Source: Bacteroidota bacterium
GTDB lineage: Bacteria; Bacteroidota; Bacteroidia; 2-12-FULL-35-15
Assembly (NCBI GenBank): GCA_005772895.1
Contig: SXIH01000038.1
Coordinates: 42,941 to 106,940 of the forward strand
Reading direction: 5' to 3'
DNA: 64,000 nt
This document shows, piece by piece, positions 59,217-64,000 of the stretch. The position numbers and the translations under genes are program-made. The notes under the pieces were generated by a model that saw nothing but the letters and a program-made list of their open reading frames with translations, ran no database searches and was not told the origin of the DNA. The stretch's first letter is position 1, and every line of letters starts with the position of its first letter.

Positions 59217-59246
59217 ACAGAATAGATTTTTGAATTTCTATTCTGT
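59217..59246. other. Perfect 10-bp-stem hairpin (acagaataga-tttttgaatt-tctattctgt) in the rng upstream region
   Basis: Lies between the small basic ORF and rng. Candidate terminator or attenuator, or an autoregulatory leader structure. Confidence 0.4.
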
Positions 59247-59288
59247 AAAATGACGCTGTTAATCACATAATTAAAAATAATCCCCCAA

Positions 59289-59320
59289 TCCCGATAGCTA
59301 TCGGGAGGAATTATTTTTTC
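59289..59320. other. Hairpin tcccgatag/ctatcggga followed by ggaattatttttt
   Basis: Perfect 9-bp palindrome immediately 3' of the small basic ORF, with a T-tract on the plus strand. Confidence 0.4.
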
Positions 59321-59400
59321 TTATGTCTGTTTTTTCTCAAACGCTTTTTACGTTTGTGAGTAGCCATTTTATGTCTTTTTCTTTTTTTACCGCTTGGCAT
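59311..59400 (-). CDS. Small highly basic protein (29 aa), bS22-like (AURKAIP1/COX24-type ribosomal protein candidate)
   Basis: Encodes MPSGKKRKRHKMATHKRKKRLRKNRHKKK. It is below the 60-aa cutoff of the ORF track. Its Lys/Arg composition and the KKRKR.KM..HKRKK.LRK.R pattern resemble bS22. Confidence 0.4.
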   Translation of the reverse strand: MPSGKKRKRHKMATHKRKKRLRKNRHKKK

Positions 59401-59430
59401 GACTTAAATGTTTAATGTTTATAAATCCGT

Positions 59431-60279
59431 TTATTGTGTGTGACCATGAGTTTCCTCAGTGGTTAATTTATTTATATAATCTTGTACTTCTGCTTTGATT
59501 GTTACATCATCTACTAATGCAACATATTTTTTTAAACTCTCAATTGCTTTTGCTTTATCACCTTTTTGTTGATAGGCATCTGCTAAATGCAAATACGCTT
59601 CAATAAAATCGGGTTGAATCTTCAACACTTTTTCAAATCGGGCAATTGCTTTATCCCACTGTCCTGATCGTTCCGAGAAAAATGCAAAGTTCAATTGAAG
59701 ATTTACATTGTTCGAATCGGTTTTTTCAATTTCTCTCAACATTCCAATTCCTTTCATTGGGTCTGGACTGCCTTCTACATAACAAGATGCTAAATTAATT
59801 TTTGCATCTAAGTTTTCCGGATTCAATTCTAACACTTGGTTGAAACAATCCATTGCTTTATTAAAAAGTAATGGACGTTCAGCTTCTCCAACAAAACGGG
59901 TAGCTGCATAATAACGATTTGCTGCTTCCATCCAATTGCTTTCTGTTGGTGATGCTATTGAAGCTTGCTCCATATAATAAGCCGCAACCGAAGGATTTCT
60001 TAAACTGTCCCACATGTTAATCATGTTTTCGAAAGCTGTTTTTTTATCAGTTGAAGATTTTATTGCCTCATCTAATTTTTGAACTGCTTTTTTATCTTCT
60101 GCACTTAAACCATCCACTGCAGTTTGCACCATTTTGGTAAATGCAAGCATATTGGGGTTTGCGTGTTCGGAAGAGACAGCTTCTTCTTTTGGAAGAAGTT
60201 TTGTATTTGCTAATAATAAAAGAACGATAAGTACTAATGCTCCTGAAATGACTGCTATTTGAGTTTTATTCAGTTTCAT
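59431..60279 (-). CDS. TPR repeat protein with an N-terminal membrane anchor
   Basis: 282 aa with an N-terminal TM helix (IAVISGALVLIVLLLLA) followed by several TPR-like repeats. Confidence 0.55.
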   Translation of the reverse strand: MKLNKTQIAVISGALVLIVLLLLANTKLLPKEEAVSSEHANPNMLAFTKMVQTAVDGLSAEDKKAVQKLDEAIKSSTDKKTAFENMINMWDSLRNPSVAAYYMEQASIASPTESNWMEAANRYYAATRFVGEAERPLLFNKAMDCFNQVLELNPENLDAKINLASCYVEGSPDPMKGIGMLREIEKTDSNNVNLQLNFAFFSERSGQWDKAIARFEKVLKIQPDFIEAYLHLADAYQQKGDKAKAIESLKKYVALVDDVTIKAEVQDYINKLTTEETHGHTQ

Positions 60280-60369
60280 TTTTTATTCAGTTTCGGGTTT
60301 TTAGTTTAAAAGTTTTGAGTTTAGCAAATCCACAACTATTAAACTATAAACTTTTTAACTCTAAACTGT

Positions 60370-60669
60370 TTATGCTGGTATTTCCTTTTTAACGTTTTTC
60401 TTTACTTTCTCAGCAAAAGTTTTAGCCGGTTTAAATGCCGGAATGTAATGTGCCGGAATAATAATAGTTGTGTTTTTGGAAATGTTTCTTCCTGTTTTTT
60501 CAGCTCGTCTTTTTACGATGAAACTTCCAAATCCTCTCAAGTAAACGTTTTCTCCACTTACCATAGAGTTTCTTACTGATTTCATGAATGCTTCAACACT
60601 TGCCTGAACAGCTACTTTTTCAATTCCTGTTTTTTCTGCAATGTCGTTAATGATGTCTGCCTTTGTCAT
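60370..60669 (-). CDS. HU-family DNA-binding protein
   Basis: 99 aa with MTKADIINDIAEKTGI ... GFGSF...R.A.KTGRN and the beta-arm RNP motif. Confidence 0.85.
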   Translation of the reverse strand: MTKADIINDIAEKTGIEKVAVQASVEAFMKSVRNSMVSGENVYLRGFGSFIVKRRAEKTGRNISKNTTIIIPAHYIPAFKPAKTFAEKVKKNVKKEIPA

Positions 60670-60810
60670 ACTTCTATAAACTATTTATAATCAAACAATT
60701 AATACAATAATAATTTTTCGGGAGGCAAAGATAGTATTTTAATTTTCAAACAAAAATTTTAATCGTAATTTCGACCTACTTTTAATAAAATCGGTCAAAA
60801 AAGCCCATAA

Positions 60811-61869
60811 ATGAAGCATTTTTCCCCTAAAATAATTACCTGGTATCATCAAAATAAGAGGGATTTACCTTGGCGGAATACAAAAGACGCTTATTTAATA
60901 TGGCTTTCGGAGATTATTTTACAGCAAACCCGCGTAGATCAAGGCATGGCTTACTATTTAAAGTTTGCCGAGCATTTTCCTACGGTAAAAGACCTTGCTA
61001 AGGCAGATAATGATAAAGTAATGAAACTTTGGCAAGGATTGGGCTATTATTCCCGAGCTCGGAATTTGCATACTGCCGCCAAAACAATACACACTATATA
61101 TAAAGGCAAATTTCCCGATTCCCATGAAGAGATTCTTTTGCTTAAAGGAGTGGGAGAGTATACCGCTGCTGCAATAGCTTCTTTTGCATTTAATAAACCT
61201 CATGCCGTTGTGGATGGAAATGTATACCGTGTTCTTTCAAGAGTCTTTGGAATAGAAACTCCGATTGATAGTTCTTTGGGTAAAAAAGAATTTTACAAAC
61301 TAGCCAACGAATTAATCGATAAAAAAAATCCGGGTTTGCACAATCAGGCCGTCATGGAATTCGGAGCGCTGCAATGTAAACCTGCTAATCCCGATTGTTC
61401 TGTTTGTCAGTTAAACAATATGTGCTACGCTTTCGCGAAGAAAGTGGTGACCGATTTGCCTGTCAAGGAAAAGAAAACAAAAGTGAGGAACCGTTTCTTT
61501 AATTATATGGTTTTCCGATATAAAGGAACAATTGCTATTCATAAAAGAACAGCAAAAGATATTTGGATTAACCTTCACGATTTCCCATTGATTGAAACAG
61601 TCAAAGAATTATCTGAAGAGCAATTATTAAAATCGACTGAGTGGAAAAAGGTGTTGGGTAAAACAAAATATTCGATAAGATCTATTTCCAATTCTTATAA
61701 ACACATCCTGAGTCATCAAAAAATTTATGCAAGGTTTATAGAGATTGATTGTAAAGAACCATTGAAGAATTTTCTTCCAAAAAATATGCTTATTATTAAA
61801 GAGAAAGATATTCATAAGTATGCAGTTCCAAGGTTGGTGGATTTGTATTTAGAAAAGGTGAGTTGTTAA
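60811..61869 (+). CDS. mutY: A/G-specific adenine DNA glycosylase
   Basis: 352 aa with an HhH-GPD domain (LPGVGEYTAAAIASFAF), a 4Fe-4S cluster loop (C.P.NP.C..C...C) and a C-terminal NUDIX-like domain. Confidence 0.85.
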   Translation: MKHFSPKIITWYHQNKRDLPWRNTKDAYLIWLSEIILQQTRVDQGMAYYLKFAEHFPTVKDLAKADNDKVMKLWQGLGYYSRARNLHTAAKTIHTIYKGKFPDSHEEILLLKGVGEYTAAAIASFAFNKPHAVVDGNVYRVLSRVFGIETPIDSSLGKKEFYKLANELIDKKNPGLHNQAVMEFGALQCKPANPDCSVCQLNNMCYAFAKKVVTDLPVKEKKTKVRNRFFNYMVFRYKGTIAIHKRTAKDIWINLHDFPLIETVKELSEEQLLKSTEWKKVLGKTKYSIRSISNSYKHILSHQKIYARFIEIDCKEPLKNFLPKNMLIIKEKDIHKYAVPRLVDLYLEKVSC

Positions 61870-61924
61870 GAAGAAGCTATTCCCACTTAAAAAGGGGGCT
61901 AGGGGGATTATTTCATGAAACGCT

Positions 61925-61954
61925 TGATTTCACCCTCTTCATTCCTTATATTTG
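61925..61954 (+). promoter_or_regulatory. Putative sigma-A promoter for ssb (-33 TTG at 61925, -7 TATATTTG at 61947..61954)
   Basis: TTG, a 19-bp spacer, then TAnnTTTG, located 22 nt upstream of the ssb ATG. Confidence 0.35.
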
Positions 61955-61975
61955 TTATGAAATAAAATTAAGATT

Positions 61976-62380
61976 ATGGCAGGCGTTAATAAAGTAATAT
62001 TGGTTGGTAATTTGGGGAAAGACCCAGAAGTCCGTCATTTAGAAGGAGGAGCTGTGGTGGCAAATTTTCCTATCGCAACTACGGAAGTGTATAAAGATAA
62101 AACAGGAACACGTCAGGAGCAAACCGAATGGCATAACATTGTTGTGTGGAGGGGTTTGGCTGAAGTAGCTGAAAAATATTTGAAAAAAGGAATGACCATT
62201 TATATAGAAGGAAAATTACGAACCCGTTCCTGGGATGATAAAGAAGGACATAAGCGTTATACTACAGAAGTGGTGGGTGATACATTTACAATACTGAGTA
62301 AAAAAGAAAGTCAATCTTCCGGTAATAATGAAGAAAGTGGTATTTCAGGCCCCAAAACAGGAGATGATTTACCTTTTTAA
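61976..62380 (+). CDS. ssb: Single-stranded DNA-binding protein
   Basis: 134 aa with an OB fold ([20 protein letters not shown]...TEWHNIVVW) and an acidic DDLPF tail. Confidence 0.9.
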   Translation: MAGVNKVILVGNLGKDPEVRHLEGGAVVANFPIATTEVYKDKTGTRQEQTEWHNIVVWRGLAEVAEKYLKKGMTIYIEGKLRTRSWDDKEGHKRYTTEVVGDTFTILSKKESQSSGNNEESGISGPKTGDDLPF

Positions 62381-62521
62381 TTGATTAATTTGCAAAGCAC
62401 TATCTTTACATCCTTATAAGTTTAACTAATATCCAAAATTTTGGCCGTCACGAGTACCAGTCTGCTTTTTAATTCTTCGCTTCTCAGCATTGTTGTAAAC
62501 CCTTTTTCCTTTAGCATTTTG

Positions 62522-63811
62522 ATGGCAATCATAACAATGTTTGTGCTGTTATTGATTGTTGCTATGGTTTCAGCTGCTGAATCTGCCTTTTTTTCTCTTA
62601 GTCCAAACGATTTGGATGAATTAAAAACATCCGATTCTAAATCCGACCAAAAAATCCTTCAACTAATTGGTGCACCAAAACGCTTGTTGGGAACATTGCT
62701 GATTAGTGTAAATTTTATAAGCATTGCAATTGTTATTATTAACTCGACATTTATTTTTGGAACAGAAGGGTGGTTTAATTTCTCGGGAGCTGCTACTTTG
62801 GGGTTTATTATTCAAGTGGTGGTGGTTACTTTTTTAATATTATTGATAGGAGAAGTAACACCTAAAATATACGCTACTCAAAATCCTTTGAAAGCTTCGC
62901 GCAGGCTAATTTATTTTGTGCTTGTGCTACAAAAATTATTTTATCCTGTGAGTTCGTTTTTAATTATGATTACTTCTTTGCTCGACAAAGTAATCAAACC
63001 AAAATCTCATAGTATTTCGGTTGATGAATTATCGCATGCTCTAGAGCTTACTTCTGATGAGGATATTCCGGAAGAAGACCATAAAATTTTAAAAGGAATT
63101 GTAAAATTTGGGAATACTGATGTAAAACAAATTATGCAGTCGCGCACCCATGTTACTGCTTTTGAACATAAAATAGGTTTTACAAAATTGTTGACCGATA
63201 TTACAGCCTACGGTTTTTCCCGAGTGCCAATTTATAAAGAAACACTGGATAATATTGTAGGTGTGCTTTACACAAAAGATTTGCTTCAATATACCAATGA
63301 GTCTGATAGTTTTAATTGGCAGACAATTGTCCGTGCTCCGTTTTTTGTACCTGAAAATAAAAAGATAGATGATTTGCTCAGAGAGTTTCAGTATAAAAAA
63401 ATTCACTTAGCAGTAGTGGTTGATGAGTATGGTGGGACTTCCGGTATTGTTACTTTGGAAGATGTAATAGAAGAAATTGTTGGTGAAATAAATGATGAGT
63501 TTGATGACGATGATCTGGTTTATTCGAAATTAGATAATAATAATTTTGTGTTTGAAGGAAAAGCAGCCTTAAATGATGTGGCAAGAATTCTGGAAATAGA
63601 TAGAGCAAATTTTGAAGATGTAAAAGGAGAAGCTGATAGTTTAGCAGGATTGATTATTGAAATAGAAGGCAGAATCCCGACTAAAAATGAAAAAATTGTT
63701 TTCACGCCAGGCGGACAAACGGATAGAAATTTAGTCTTTACAATTGAATCGGCAGACAATAGAAAAATTAAAAGAGTTAAAATTACAATTGAAAGAGCGA
63801 ATGAAGAATAA
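62522..63811 (+). CDS. gldE: Gliding motility-associated protein GldE (CorC/HlyC-family: DUF21 + tandem CBS + transporter-associated domain)
   Basis: An N-terminal 4-TM DUF21 region, two CBS domains and a C-terminal CorC_HlyC domain. The track start 62441 adds a 27-aa extension, so ATG 62522 (MAIITMFVLLL) is preferred. Confidence 0.65.
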   Translation: MAIITMFVLLLIVAMVSAAESAFFSLSPNDLDELKTSDSKSDQKILQLIGAPKRLLGTLLISVNFISIAIVIINSTFIFGTEGWFNFSGAATLGFIIQVVVVTFLILLIGEVTPKIYATQNPLKASRRLIYFVLVLQKLFYPVSSFLIMITSLLDKVIKPKSHSISVDELSHALELTSDEDIPEEDHKILKGIVKFGNTDVKQIMQSRTHVTAFEHKIGFTKLLTDITAYGFSRVPIYKETLDNIVGVLYTKDLLQYTNESDSFNWQTIVRAPFFVPENKKIDDLLREFQYKKIHLAVVVDEYGGTSGIVTLEDVIEEIVGEINDEFDDDDLVYSKLDNNNFVFEGKAALNDVARILEIDRANFEDVKGEADSLAGLIIEIEGRIPTKNEKIVFTPGGQTDRNLVFTIESADNRKIKRVKITIERANEE

Positions 63812-64000
63812 AAAATTTCAGATTTCAGATTTCAGATTTAAAATTGAAGAAAGATTTTTTCTTCTTTTTATTTGTCTATTGTCTACTGCTTTTTGTCTAC
63901 TTCCTTCCTGCGGTGGCGATGATGAAGAAACAATAGCTCCGAAACCAAGAGCATATTTTCGATTGGCTTTTCCTGAAAAAAAATATGTTAGTTATGATTC
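63801..64000 (+). CDS. gldD: Gliding motility lipoprotein GldD-like, partial (N-terminus only)
   Basis: The frame overlapping the gldE stop encodes ...FICLLSTAFCLLPSCGGDDEETIAPKPRAYFRLAFPEKKYVSYD: a lipobox, then the PKP.GY.R...PEKKY start typical of GldD. The start codon is uncertain. Confidence 0.4.
   Translation, partial: MKNKKFQISDFRFKIEERFFLLFICLLSTAFCLLPSCGGDDEETIAPKPRAYFRLAFPEKKYVSYD

Noticed and set aside
60280-60369. Low-complexity taaact / ttagttt repeats between the TPR gene and the HU gene
   Set aside because: AT-rich simple sequence typical of promoter regions in this genome. No defined unit or dispersed copies noticed.

Overview
This 64 kb window is an AT-rich (~35% GC) chromosomal segment that looks like a Bacteroidota genome, probably Flavobacteriia- or Cytophagia-like. 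The diagnostic signs are type IX secretion (T9SS) C-terminal sorting domains of both type A and type B, a PorP/SprF gene, gldE-gldD, many cell-surface proteins beginning MKKIY, and the sigma-A -7 motif TAnnTTTG upstream of several genes. I support about 60 protein genes and found no rRNA, tRNA, CRISPR array, transposase or integrase. The housekeeping content is mgtE, rsmA, the kynurenine-pathway pair kmo and kynU, hemL, gcvP, feoAB, fumC, an ArsC/Spx-family gene, prfB (with the conserved programmed +1 frameshift, which the ORF track misses), recX, RNase G, HU, mutY, ssb and gldE/gldD. The accessory content worth attention is: (1) a 2973-aa repeat-rich T9SS type-B adhesin encoded by near-identical tandem DNA repeats, followed by its PorP/SprF partner and preceded by an ECF-sigma gene overlapping a membrane protein with an FGE/SUMF1-like domain; (2) directly downstream, a conserved seven-gene module of unknown function (DUF58, MoxR AAA+ ATPase, DUF4350-like, DUF4129, a membrane protein, a SpoIIM-like protein, an RDD protein); (3) three tandem paralogous T9SS type-A cargo genes; (4) a RelE/ParE toxin-antitoxin pair; (5) a GxxExxY (PD-(D/E)XK) gene flanked by perfect 17-bp inverted repeats; (6) at least four families of short dispersed intergenic repeats; (7) a small highly basic bS22-like ORF with hairpins in the RNase G leader. 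All product calls come from motifs I recognise by eye. No database search was run.
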